Positions 1 through 10,268 of a stretch of DNA of 36,972 nucleotides are shown one piece after another. Each line of letters starts with the position of its first letter. Position 1 is the stretch's first letter. A program made the position numbers and the translations under genes. Source of the DNA: Corallochytrium limacisporum Hawaii. Taxonomy: Eukaryota; Protista; Pluriformea. The stretch spans positions 1 through 36,972 of the forward strand of contig PDIP01000040.1 of assembly GCA_002811645.1 (NCBI GenBank). The letters are read 5' to 3'. Under the pieces are notes generated by a model. It was not told the origin of the DNA and searched no databases. It saw only the letters and a program-made list of their open reading frames with translations.

Positions 1-15
1 CTAACCCTAACCTAA
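1..15. repeat. Telomeric repeat remnant (CCCTAA)n / TTAGGG
   Basis: The window begins CTAA-CCCTAA-CCTAA, the C-rich strand of a TTAGGG telomere in left-end orientation. Only about 2.5 units are visible. Confidence 0.7.
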
Positions 16-191
16 GTGAGATTATCTTCATGTTGAATAATGATATCAGGTTGTTGATCTATTAGATAGCTAGTAATATCGAAAGCAATTGCTTTTGGAT
101 CGCCTCGAGAAGGTCAAAGAAAGCGCGGCGTAGAGCGAAATGACAGGCTCCTTGCAACAAGAGCCGCAAAATTGCTACCGTCACCGTTGCT

Positions 192-1718
192 TTATCGAGT
201 TACTTCAGTGAAACAACCATCCTCGGTTACAATCCGCCAAGCGTTGGGCTGATCCTCGGCGGGTTCGACATCCACTACGCACGGATCATCAAAAGACACA
301 ACAGTGTTTCCAATTTCAAACATAACCTGATTCTGCGCGACGTCCCTGCGCTTGCTACTGGCATCACAAGTAGTCGAATTCGAAGCTGGGAACTGCTCCT
401 GTAGTGTCTCATCGCAATGGGTTACTCCTTGGAGCGACACCGCGTCACATAGGTACGGGACAAAGGTTACGCTAGAACCCTGTTGAGTGTCAATTGTGCC
501 AGAAACAGTCGCCGAAAGCAGCGAGTCCACAAACTCATCGCTCCAATCTGCACCAATGAGATTCATTGACATTTTGAGTACCGTTTTGATATCCTTAAAG
601 GAGGCGTACGAGCCCGCAGATAACAGATCGGAAACTTCTCCATATAGTAAATCAATCACATCACCTTGAATCCATGTCTGTACCCCGGTGCTATTCTCAT
701 CATAAGTTATGTCTCCAGCAACGGAAAGTTTCACATGCAGCTGCTCCGTACTTATGGTAGCACTGAACAAGACACCTGGTGGGACCATGAAGGTTGGGGT
801 AGCACCTAGCTTTATGGTCGTAGATTCGGTGGTGGTAAGAGTGGTTGTAAACGATGTTGTAAAACTATCAGTCACACTGCTCTTTACCGTATCCTCCACT
901 GATGCGCCTAGACCTTCAAATCCTACACTAGCTTTTTCTGTGAACGAAAGTTCATCGGCGATTGTTAGTGTGTCAGAAACTGTTGAGCCTGTCGTGACAG
1001 TAGTTGTGTCTGTCACGTCTTTCTCGTACGGTGTTGGAAAAGGGATGCAGCTTGGAGTCGTGTTATCCAAATCGAAATTTTGTGGGGCCGCCAAAACGGT
1101 AGAAGCATCCGTTGCCCACACACGCCCGTCGATTTCCTTAGATTTCTGTTCAAAAAGAGTGTCAAGTGGTTGTGGTAAGCCATCTTCCAAAAAGTACACG
1201 GGGAAGCCGATTGCCCAAGGCTTGAAGGTGTCTTGGAGTGCTTCAGTATCACAGCGCAAATCGTCAGAGTTTCTGTTATAAGGGGTCAGATCGTGAACAG
1301 CATTCCACCATGCATCCCAATCATCAGCGTTCTCATCCGTTCGGGCAATATAGTACGGGGCGGCGAGCACGGGACCGGCGAGGACATTTAGTGTCCACAT
1401 CATGGAAGCCCACATATTTACCGCGCCGTCGTCTTGGTACTGCAGGTTGGCCTTTTTGCTCCACATGTAATCCTCAAAGTCCGTGCCTTGCTGGACAACG
1501 AATTGGGAAAGCTCGGTCATGTCTGCATTACCAGACAGAATATACCAATATTTTTGAATGTCCATCAAGTCAGCCCTGTCCTCCCACACCGACACATCTA
1601 TGGAAGCCTTCTTTCTGGGACATAGTTGAGGTAATTCCGATGGAAAGCTGACTGATGCTGTGTGGGCAACGGTGCTCATCACCAACATGACGAAAGCCTG
1701 GGTGTTTAACTTCCGCAT
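192..1718 (-). CDS. Secreted aerolysin/ETX-MTX2-like beta-pore-forming protein (copy 1), 508 aa
   Basis: Signal peptide MRKLNTQAFVMLVMSTVAHTA. Ser/Thr-rich strands flank an alternating amphipathic hairpin (LSFTEKASVGFEGLGASVEDTVKSSVTDSF), followed by the typical VPPG turn. Clear paralog of 19958..21370. Confidence 0.75.
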   Translation of the reverse strand: MRKLNTQAFVMLVMSTVAHTASVSFPSELPQLCPRKKASIDVSVWEDRADLMDIQKYWYILSGNADMTELSQFVVQQGTDFEDYMWSKKANLQYQDDGAVNMWASMMWTLNVLAGPVLAAPYYIARTDENADDWDAWWNAVHDLTPYNRNSDDLRCDTEALQDTFKPWAIGFPVYFLEDGLPQPLDTLFEQKSKEIDGRVWATDASTVLAAPQNFDLDNTTPSCIPFPTPYEKDVTDTTTVTTGSTVSDTLTIADELSFTEKASVGFEGLGASVEDTVKSSVTDSFTTSFTTTLTTTESTTIKLGATPTFMVPPGVLFSATISTEQLHVKLSVAGDITYDENSTGVQTWIQGDVIDLLYGEVSDLLSAGSYASFKDIKTVLKMSMNLIGADWSDEFVDSLLSATVSGTIDTQQGSSVTFVPYLCDAVSLQGVTHCDETLQEQFPASNSTTCDASSKRRDVAQNQVMFEIGNTVVSFDDPCVVDVEPAEDQPNAWRIVTEDGCFTEVTR

Positions 1719-1824
1719 TTTTGTTTTGTCGAGGTTAGGGCACGAGAGTGGCTAGGATACAGGATCCGTGTTTATCCGTCATAAAACCAGATTCGCTATA
1801 CCTGTTTCACAGATCCGGAACAAA

Positions 1825-1833
1825 TTAAATACC
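1825..1833 (-). promoter_or_regulatory. TATA-like element GGTATTTAA
   Basis: 107 bp upstream of the ATG at 1718. The same motif occurs at similar distance before six other cluster genes. Confidence 0.5.
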
Positions 1834-3906
1834 AGTAGATCACGGCTGGTTGAGGACTCATCCGGCGGGCGCAAAGCACGGTCGTAGCCGTAAAATGGTC
1901 TCAGAAATAATTGTAACTCTATCTCATTCATTGGCGAGCGCAGAAATATCAACGACGCAAACGTAACGTTTCAGTAACCTTGTTTTTGGAAGGACACGTT
2001 GTTAGATATTGTACCGATCCAAGCCATCGTACCACCGGTGTTTGAGTTGTGAACAACGATTGACGATTAAACCCAACACCAGGAAATGGGTGAGAGCCAA
2101 AACGTTGGGGATGGTGGATAAGTGTTGCAATGGATGTGATGCACCAGTTGACGGGAGCGCAATACAGCTAGCAACTTTCAAGTGTTCAAGAACTGCCAAA
2201 GTCACGTACAAGTGAAATCACTATGTACTTGTGTACCTTCATCTGAGCTGCACATGACCGTACCTCGATGACCATCCTGTCCATCCCACCCGCTGCGGAC
2301 CATGGTGAATCGGCGAGTTCACAAGGATGGGACAGAGATATAAGCTCGGGTTAAATGGAGTGCCGTCACTGTCTGAGCTAGTTCCAAATCCACACTACAC
2401 AGACCTTTTCTTTAGCGACATCGGGGAAGGACCGTTGCAGCGGGTACACCAAAGTTTGTCACAGTACCGTCTCACCGGTTCCTTAGCGTGCCCAGGAGAC
2501 GAACTCCCAAAGTCCTCTGCAGACATGTGCGGCGGGCCAGAGTGAGCAGTCAATATGAAAAATCGACAGTTAAAGTCATAAATTAACGAATCCACCGACA
2601 GTTGGCAACCAACGAAAGACTGTTGGCATCACTGCAACGTAGCGCGAGCCGGGGGGAGGGGGACAAACTCTTTCGTACCCGCCGTGTCACCATACTGAAC
2701 TAATGGTTACCGTACAATAGGTACCATAGCTATCCACCGGAGTAGGTTGGCACGTTGGCATAATCGTGTGTGGACAAGAAATTAATTGTCTATTGTGCAT
2801 CTCCTCCACGGACGCTTAGACAGAACATTTATTATGGAACCAAAAGCAACATATATGACTTTGGCTAAACGACATTGGCACAAGTACCTGGTAGCACCAA
2901 CCAGCTCGAGGACTCAAGGTGCACGTAGGGATCTCGTGTGTTCGAAGTCCTAAGTGAACTCTCTCCTTTGATTAAAGTGACTTGTAAGGACAGGTTTAGA
3001 TCTGTGCCGTGTGTAGAGCTTGGGATTTATACCAATCGGATCTGTGTTTAAGCGGTGCGTTGAATCCTAGGGAATTCCCAATTAATTTTATACCAAGTAG
3101 GCTGTAGACCATGTGCTGAATCGGCGCGCGAGTCGGAGGCGAGGGCAATCAAAGGCAATCGCAGTTGCGCCTCACAGATGCGGTGGAGGGTCTCTGTGGG
3201 CGCAAGAGGGAGCCGTTTACTATTGCAACAGGGTCACCATGGTGGTTCATCATTTAGAAGTAAGGAATTTTCTGACCAAGACCCATTCATGCGTTGGGGT
3301 GTCTGTTACGTCAGTCCAACAGAGTCCCGGTCCTCAGCACATGTATATTGCAAGACATTATGCGAGCACTTAAGCCGTGGATCACGGAGCTCTCTTTGTC
3401 CGCGTTGTTTCGGCGAAATCTACATCATGCGTTCCCTTTCAGGGCAATTTCATTGCCGTGTGTGGCGAAACGTAAGGAAAGGAGCAATGGTTTCGCAGGC
3501 GGCGAAAGAGACGAACTGCCAACAGAACCAGCGGAAACAACCTTCTCTAATCTACGTACAAATGACGGCCATTGTCAGATGTAGAAGTCCTTGGCGCTCG
3601 ACTGGAATGTACTGTACGCACTGGAGACGCACAGCAGGGCACGAAGGGAACGACCCCTTCCCGGTTCAGTGCGCGGCTCTCATTTTCAAATCCCGCCAAG
3701 AGAAGAAACACAAGGAAAAGGAAGTGCGCAGATCGGACTTGGGCTGAACAAACTGAAATCTTGTGGTGCCGCAAGAACGGTGGAAAGTGTTCGTTGCCCA
3801 CACACGCCACTAGACTTCATCAGACTTCTGTTCAGAACGGGATGTCAACTAGGTGGTGAGAATTCTGTACTACAGTCATCGCTGATCCTGCCCCTACCGT
3901 GAAGTT

Positions 3907-4935
3907 TTATTCTTGCTCGCACAACGTCGTATTTTCTGGATAGACCGTGTTGATTGTTCCCGCAATCTCACTATAAGATTGGATGCCTGGGCAGACAGCA
4001 TTCTTATGGATCTCCTCATGAGTACAAACGTACAGCGTGATCCTAGGAGAACCCGCTTCATTTTGGGGTTTAGTCCATTGTGCCCACACTTCGGAACCGA
4101 TTGGGAGACCTCCAACAGGGCAGATGTGGGAATTGTCCTGTGAGATACTCAACAGACATTTCGTATTGTCCTTCAAGTCGCCGTTAATGTTCGTTGCGAA
4201 GTAACCAAAGCCGTTTTCCCAGTATACGTTCAGGAACTGCGTCACTTCAGAGCAGTGTGCAGTGATTTGCCTAATTGGGAATACCGCAGACGAATGGGCA
4301 GAGACACCAAGTATGCCATTATGGGTTGCGGGCATGAAATCCGGCATGAACGTTGAATAGGTCGTGGCGTTGTTCCACCAGAAGCCAAACGGCCACGGCG
4401 TGTCATTCACAATTGCAAACTCAGAGTATGTAAAATTAAAAGGCCCCCGAATGTCCCATGTATTCTCCACCACCTGCTCTGGGCACAGATCGCCGTTGGC
4501 AATAAATCTATCCCGGCTGCAAATCCAAATGGCCACGGATTCATATCCTTCCTCATCCACAAACGATACAGATGTCGCGGTCACCCCAGTCGGCATTGGA
4601 CTGTATCCTGCTGACGGAATATGTGGCACGCAAGACTGGTCTCCATACATGGAGTAACAAATTTCGAACGACGTGTCCCCAATCGTAAGCTGTTGACACT
4701 CCGCACTTGAGCACTGTACTTGATCGGCAGTAAGATAAAGTGTCAGAGTCTGGCTTTCTTCAGCAATGGCATAGCCGTTGGCATCAAAAGTACCAGGTGC
4801 AAACAGTTGCGACCTGGCAAAGCCGGTCGTGGTAACATTTAAAGCTTCATCTTGATAGTTGACAATGTGGATCGCTCCAGTGATCACATTCGTGGCAACA
4901 TGCGCAGCAGATCCCGCGACGATGTCGGCTGACAT
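3907..4935 (-). CDS. Two-domain Cys-containing protein, paralog A (342 aa), unknown family; weak aegerolysin/Cry34-like beta-sandwich resemblance
   Basis: First ATG at 4935 (MSADIVAG) aligns with the ATG of paralog C. Internal duplication of IVN-x18-F-x-P...NG...CS...(W/Y)xC...CP. No signal peptide. Confidence 0.85.
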   Translation of the reverse strand: MSADIVAGSAAHVATNVITGAIHIVNYQDEALNVTTTGFARSQLFAPGTFDANGYAIAEESQTLTLYLTADQVQCSSAECQQLTIGDTSFEICYSMYGDQSCVPHIPSAGYSPMPTGVTATSVSFVDEEGYESVAIWICSRDRFIANGDLCPEQVVENTWDIRGPFNFTYSEFAIVNDTPWPFGFWWNNATTYSTFMPDFMPATHNGILGVSAHSSAVFPIRQITAHCSEVTQFLNVYWENGFGYFATNINGDLKDNTKCLLSISQDNSHICPVGGLPIGSEVWAQWTKPQNEAGSPRITLYVCTHEEIHKNAVCPGIQSYSEIAGTINTVYPENTTLCEQE

Positions 4936-5044
4936 GATGGATACAGTCACTTTATGGAAGAACTTGCGCAAACTGTAACCTTTACGGTATGTGGAGCATG
5001 CGGTCTGACCATACTCGTCAGCAATTAGTGCTGGTGCGTAGTCT

Positions 5045-5053
5045 TTAAGTAGG
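5045..5053 (-). promoter_or_regulatory. TATA-like element CCTACTTAA
   Basis: 110 bp upstream of the ATG at 4935, inside a 5' flank homologous to that of paralog B. Confidence 0.5.
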
Positions 5054-6334
5054 TATACCTTGTATGTAGTTAATAGGAAACCATTATAGGTACTGTGCTG
5101 CGGGATGTGTGGTGTATTAGTCCCATAGAAGGTCCCTGGGCTGTCGTAATGTGGGCTGGAATGAATCAGCGTCCGCAGCTAAACTCCAGTAGTTTCGTTC
5201 AGCCACCTTTCCCTTCTGAGACCGTCCCCCCCCCTGCGGCCCATGAGAAAAGCAAGGGTGGACAAATCAGAATGTGTCAGGGCCGCATTCTTGGAACCTT
5301 GTAGAAGGTACAAATACTGCCGTTCTTCGAGTGAATCCATGCCAAGAGCACAAAAGCTTAAATAAATCTTTCGGCGAAAAGCCTGGAAGGAAGGCACTAG
5401 GCACCGACACGAGAGGGCGGGTGGGCCATGGAATCGAGTCTGCTCCGTTGAGTCATAATTTAGGCAGCACTGGCCGCCCTAGAGGCCTTTGGTGAGCACC
5501 GTCCCTGTTAACAGTCAATAACCACACGGGTCAAATGTGCCTTTCAAGACAAATTTACTTGTGTGTGTGGACTATTGAACCCGTCGTCTACAACGAGGGG
5601 CATTCTCGAGATTCTTTCCTCATCTCATTTCCCCCGAACACAATTCAGAACGACACTGAGACCACAACTGTAGCTCCGGAGCTCAGTTGTTTTAATTTTC
5701 CGCAAGCGCTGGGGCCGGTCCATGGGCAAACTCCTTTCCGCTTTAGCCAACTTCATGCGTAAAACCCGCTCCCTCCTCTGTGAAGTGGGACGTTTGCTCC
5801 AGAGAAAGCGGAGGATTGATTTCCCACTGATTCCCCCCTCAGGGTAATCTCTACGGGATCTTGTACAGTCAGCGTGAAATCTGTTCGCTCGATAGTTACT
5901 CTGGCCCCCCTCCGACAGGGATGTATTGTCGCCCCGAGAGGCCAGGCTGACAATGAAACTAACTAAGATATGTGACTCCTACGAATGATGAACACACGTT
6001 AGGACTCATTCAGAATTTTATGGACAATTTCAAGACATTGCCTACTACTACTTGTATTTGGTAACTAGCAATTCGCAAGGCACCACAGGGACCAAAGAAG
6101 GCGAAGGGCCTTCGAGTGTCATCCGAACGGCACAGAAAGGGAGGCCGATCTTTAAAGTGCGTCACAATATAACTCGTAGGGCCGTTCCCCTCGACGTTCT
6201 GCAGAAGATGCGTGGGGTGAAACTTTATAGGCATGTGGTACTGAATTTTCAGGACGTGGAGAACAGGCGATGGTCTTTCGCATTGGTACCATGGGTCACT
6301 ACTGTCAATCCGGAGCCTGCACAGCAGAGACGCT

Positions 6335-7369
6335 CTATTCTGGATTCTCGCAACTCGTTATGTTGTTTCCCCAGCTCATAATTTCACCCGCAACCGATTT
6401 AATACCCGGACAAGCACCTGAGTGTTTCCGGAACACCTCATGCGTGCAAACCACCAGTGTAACTCTGGGGGTACCGTACACGTTCACCGCCACTGGCCTG
6501 GTCCATTGCGCAACCATGGCACCGTTGACGGATTCATTCGGCTTCAGACAAAGGCGAGATCCATTCTTATTAAAGGTTAGTGTACAATTGGTATTGTTGT
6601 CCGTTAATCCACCATCAATATCCACCAAAAAATAGCCTTGGCCCTGCGACCAAGTTATGTTCAAGTACTCTTGTACGGAGTTGCACTGAGAAGTGATCTG
6701 TGTAAGTTGAAATACCGGAGACGACTTTCCAGCGGGAATACCGAGCACCCCGTTATGGGTGATGTCCATGAAATCAGGGTAGAATACAGATGGCCTCATG
6801 GGATCCCTCCACTCGACCGAAATAAGCTCTGGCATGTCGTTGATAATTTGAAACTCGGAGTACTCATGGCCCAAATCGCCCCTAATGTCCCATGTATCCT
6901 CCACAATCTGTTCTGGGCACAAGTAGGCGTTGGTGACGAAATCCTGCTCCGTGCAAATCCAAATGGCCACGGATTCATATCCTTCCTCATCCACAAACGA
7001 TACAGATGTCGCGGTCACCCCAGTCGGCATTGGACTGTATCCTGCTGACGGAATATGTGGCACGCAAGACTGGTCTCCATACATGGAGTAACAAATTTCG
7101 AACGACGTGTCCCCAATCGTAAGCTGTTGACACTCCGCACTTGAGCACTGTACTTGATCGGCAGTAAGATAAAGTGTCAGAGTCTGGCTTTCTTCAGCAA
7201 TGGCATAGCCGTTGGCATCAAAAGTACCAGGTGCAAACAGTTGCGACCTGGCAAAGCTGGTCGTGGTGACATTTAAAGCTTCCTCTTGATAGTTGACAAT
7301 GTGGATCGCTCCCGTGATCACATTCGTGGCAACATGCGCGGCAGATCCCGAGACGACTTCAGCTGACAT
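6335..7369 (-). CDS. Two-domain Cys-containing protein, paralog B (344 aa)
   Basis: ATG at 7369 (MSAEVVSG). Domain 1 is almost identical to paralog A; domain 2 is strongly diverged but keeps its Cys and the TWDIRG, YSEF and THNG motifs. Confidence 0.85.
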   Translation of the reverse strand: MSAEVVSGSAAHVATNVITGAIHIVNYQEEALNVTTTSFARSQLFAPGTFDANGYAIAEESQTLTLYLTADQVQCSSAECQQLTIGDTSFEICYSMYGDQSCVPHIPSAGYSPMPTGVTATSVSFVDEEGYESVAIWICTEQDFVTNAYLCPEQIVEDTWDIRGDLGHEYSEFQIINDMPELISVEWRDPMRPSVFYPDFMDITHNGVLGIPAGKSSPVFQLTQITSQCNSVQEYLNITWSQGQGYFLVDIDGGLTDNNTNCTLTFNKNGSRLCLKPNESVNGAMVAQWTRPVAVNVYGTPRVTLVVCTHEVFRKHSGACPGIKSVAGEIMSWGNNITSCENPE

Positions 7370-7478
7370 GATGGATACAATCACCTTCTGAACCCACTTG
7401 CTCAAAATATAACTTGGATGCGATATTAAGCAATCGATGTGACCATAGCCGTCAGTGTTTTATGGTGGTGCGTACTCT

Positions 7479-7487
7479 TTAAGTACG
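7479..7487 (-). promoter_or_regulatory. TATA-like element CGTACTTAA
   Basis: 110 bp upstream of the ATG at 7369. Confidence 0.5.
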
Positions 7488-8368
7488 TGTCCAGTGTGTG
7501 TAGTCAATAGGATACCACTACCTGCGTGCAGTGCTGCGAGATGGGTGGCATAACAGTCGCATACAAAGTTCGTGGGCGGGCGTAATCTGCTAGAAAATCC
7601 GCAAGTGCCCGAATGCATCCTCACTCACGCACCGCCCTTAGGTAGAGAGGTCATTCTAAACATCTGCATCACTGCTCTTTGTCAGTGATACCACAGTGTA
7701 TGCCCAACACACACTCGATCACTTTCTCCTGAACACTACCAACCAGGCACCAACACCAGTGTCTTGACCACTGTCCGATTGAGAGTCCCCGTCAATTCTG
7801 TTAATGTCTTTCGCCAGAGTCCCTGCCTATTTCCTGTCCACGGGCGCAATCTTCCAGTGTCACCCTGAGACAACGGCTGGTAGACAGTAAGACGCTAGTG
7901 TCGACCGGCGCACCGCCCCGTATAAGACAATTCGTGTTGGACCCTGGGGAAGGTATCAAAAAAAAATGTGCCCGTTCTTCACTTGAAAAATATTTCCGAA
8001 GGGGGACAAATTTAGGTTTTGCGCACAAGCACAGAAACGATTTAGAAAGTGACATTGGGGCACGGAGTGCCTTGGAAACCATAGAGTGAGTGTTGGATTA
8101 GACCTGAACCCAGCGATGACTGGGAGGGCAATTACAAAATGAGCAGGGGGGATCAAGTTTCTCTCCATGTATGGCAAATACGGTGCTGCTAGCGTGCTTG
8201 CACTCGAGGTCGCAAGAGTCCGTGAGACGTTTGTGGTTCAGAGATCTGCCAAGAGTCTTCCTCATCGGATCAGAATAGCTATTTGATAACAAGTCCATCT
8301 CACTCCATGTGTCTCTATGCCAAGGGAGTCAAATGCGAGTCACGTTTCTATGTCACACAGCTGATAGT

Positions 8369-9400
8369 CTACGCGGAACCATCATTGCACAGCGTCGCGT
8401 TGGCCAAGTAAGTCGTAATAGAACCTTGGAAAGACCGATCCCCATTATTTGGGCATGACCCACCATTATTATGGTACTCCGAAGAAGTACACATAATTAA
8501 GGTCAATCTAGGGGTGCCCGCGCAGTTACCCGCAATATACCATCCGGCAATTACTTCATTGGCTGTGTTCTTAAGATGATACGGGCAGATGTGGGAATTT
8601 CCCTCATTGATTTGCAGAGAACAATCGGTATTGTTATGCAAATCACCATTAAAGTCCATCGAAAAGAAGCCATAGCCATGATCCCAATACACGTTTAAAT
8701 TGTCCTGCACGCCATTGCATTGCTCTGTGATCTGTGTCACTGAAAAGGTCTCCGACGTCGTGCGCGCAGGGACACCGAGGACTGCATTATGCGTCGAAGG
8801 CAGGAAACTAGGAAAGAATATCGATGGTTTCGTGTCGTCGCTCCACCAGAACGAAGCAGTCCACGGTAGGTCGTTGACAATCTGAAACTCGGAGTATGTA
8901 TAGTTCAAATCGCCTTGAATGTCCCAGGTGTCTTCCACAACCTGTCCTGGGCAGAGATGGTGATTGGCACCGAAGTTGTAAGTGCTACAAATCCAAAGAG
9001 ATACGGATTGATATCCCGACTCATCAGTGTAGGGAATGGAAGTCGCGGTCTCACCAGTCGGCATCGGATTGTAACCTGTTGAAGGAATTTGAGGAACACA
9101 ATATTCGCCTGCAAGCGAGTAGCAAACTTGAAATGAGTTGTCCCCAACCACAAGCGGTTGGCATCCCGCATTGGAGCACTGTTCCTGATCGGCAGTGAGA
9201 GAAAGTGTCAGAGTCTGGCTTTCTTCAGCAATTGCGTAGCCGTTGGCATCCAAAGTACCAGGTGCAAACAATTGCGACCTGGCAAAGTCGGTCGTGGTGA
9301 CATTGAAAGCTTCTTCATGGTAGTTCACAATACGGATCGATCCTGTGAACGCATTCATGGCAACATGTGCGGGGGATCCGGTCATTGCATTTACTGACAT
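8369..9400 (-). CDS. Two-domain Cys-containing protein, paralog C (343 aa)
   Basis: Full-length alignment to A and B (FARSQLFAPGT.DANGYAIAEESQTLTL; CP.QVVEDTWDI.G; YSEFQIVND; GTPRLTL..CT). Confidence 0.88.
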   Translation of the reverse strand: MSVNAMTGSPAHVAMNAFTGSIRIVNYHEEAFNVTTTDFARSQLFAPGTLDANGYAIAEESQTLTLSLTADQEQCSNAGCQPLVVGDNSFQVCYSLAGEYCVPQIPSTGYNPMPTGETATSIPYTDESGYQSVSLWICSTYNFGANHHLCPGQVVEDTWDIQGDLNYTYSEFQIVNDLPWTASFWWSDDTKPSIFFPSFLPSTHNAVLGVPARTTSETFSVTQITEQCNGVQDNLNVYWDHGYGFFSMDFNGDLHNNTDCSLQINEGNSHICPYHLKNTANEVIAGWYIAGNCAGTPRLTLIMCTSSEYHNNGGSCPNNGDRSFQGSITTYLANATLCNDGSA

Positions 9401-9506
9401 ATTTTGCTTTCCGCTCCCTTGTCAACAACTACAGAAGGATCAATGCAATACTAGAGGTATGATATGTGGTCTGAGCATAGAATTGAGCTCATTGGGGTTA
9501 AGAAGC

Positions 9507-9515
9507 TTAAGTACC
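9507..9515 (-). promoter_or_regulatory. TATA-like element GGTACTTAA
   Basis: 107 bp upstream of the ATG at 9400, although the rest of this flank is not visibly homologous to the A and B flanks. Confidence 0.5.
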
Positions 9516-10228
9516 TGTATAGCAGATAGAACGCCACTGTTGTAACATTGTAGTATGTTCGGTATGGCAGTGAGAACACTGCCTGATACAGCGGAGATGA
9601 CATTGCGGACCCATGTAAGCTACAGGATATCCTGGTAAATTTACCAGCTTCCAATGAGCGCGTAGGTAACTCAAAACTTCGATTCGCGCCTGGAGGGCAC
9701 CAAAAGTGTGATCCGATGGGCAGAACATTTTAGTTTGTCTGTCCCTATGCCATTCGTTGAACACTCTATAAGCCCTCGTACCAGCTCCGCCAAGCACCTG
9801 CCCTTTCAGCTCCTTCCCGTCCCGTGCACGCAGTCTCAACAAGAGCGCTAGACTAACGGTGAAAAAGATTATAAAACGGTCTATCGTCTGGTTTGCATTC
9901 CCCAAGCGAAGCGCCTATCCCACGGCATCAAGTTAGTTGTCGACACCGAATCCTTTTATTCACCATCCTTTTAGACGCCGCGCTCCTTGAAGGGCACTGC
10001 GATTTTTCCGCCACGCGCCAGTTTGTCCCCCCGCCGCTCTCCTCCGCGCCCTTTTGACCTCCCTGCTCTTTTTATTGGAAATCGTGTGCGCAGCACCGGT
10101 GGAGTTCTCGGGACCTTGAATTGTGCGCTCTCTGATGTGGCAGAAACGCAACATATGCGTCCCGCCCTGGCCTCCAGAATTCTCCCACCGCAGTCCCGAG
10201 CAAGCCTATTTTTCGATCCAGATATTTT

Positions 10229-10268
10229 TGTGTGTGCGTGTGCGTGTCTCTGCGTGGGTGTGTGTGCG
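10229..10268 (+). repeat. Imperfect (GT/GC)n microsatellite
   Basis: tgtgtgtgcgtgtgcgtgtctctgcgtgggtgtgtgtgcg. Confidence 0.6.

Noticed and set aside
709-1281. Val-rich + strand ORFs opposite the toxin genes (also 20121..20555)
   Set aside because: Antisense shadows of Thr/Ser-rich coding sequence.
1733-1740. Internal GGTTAGGG telomere-like word upstream of toxin 1
   Set aside because: A single unit, expected by chance.
3113-3902. Overlapping short ORFs between toxin 1 and paralog A (similar ones at 5095-6381, 7801-8298, 9507-9905, 29331-29852)
   Set aside because: No recognisable domains and mostly non-ATG starts; at best unidentifiable relics.
4936-5181. Open frame continuing about 80 codons upstream of paralog A, and the TTG starts at 4971 and 7405
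   Set aside because: It has no ATG, the homologous flank of paralog B has a TAA, paralog C starts at the aligned ATG, and the TATA-like motif lies inside it.
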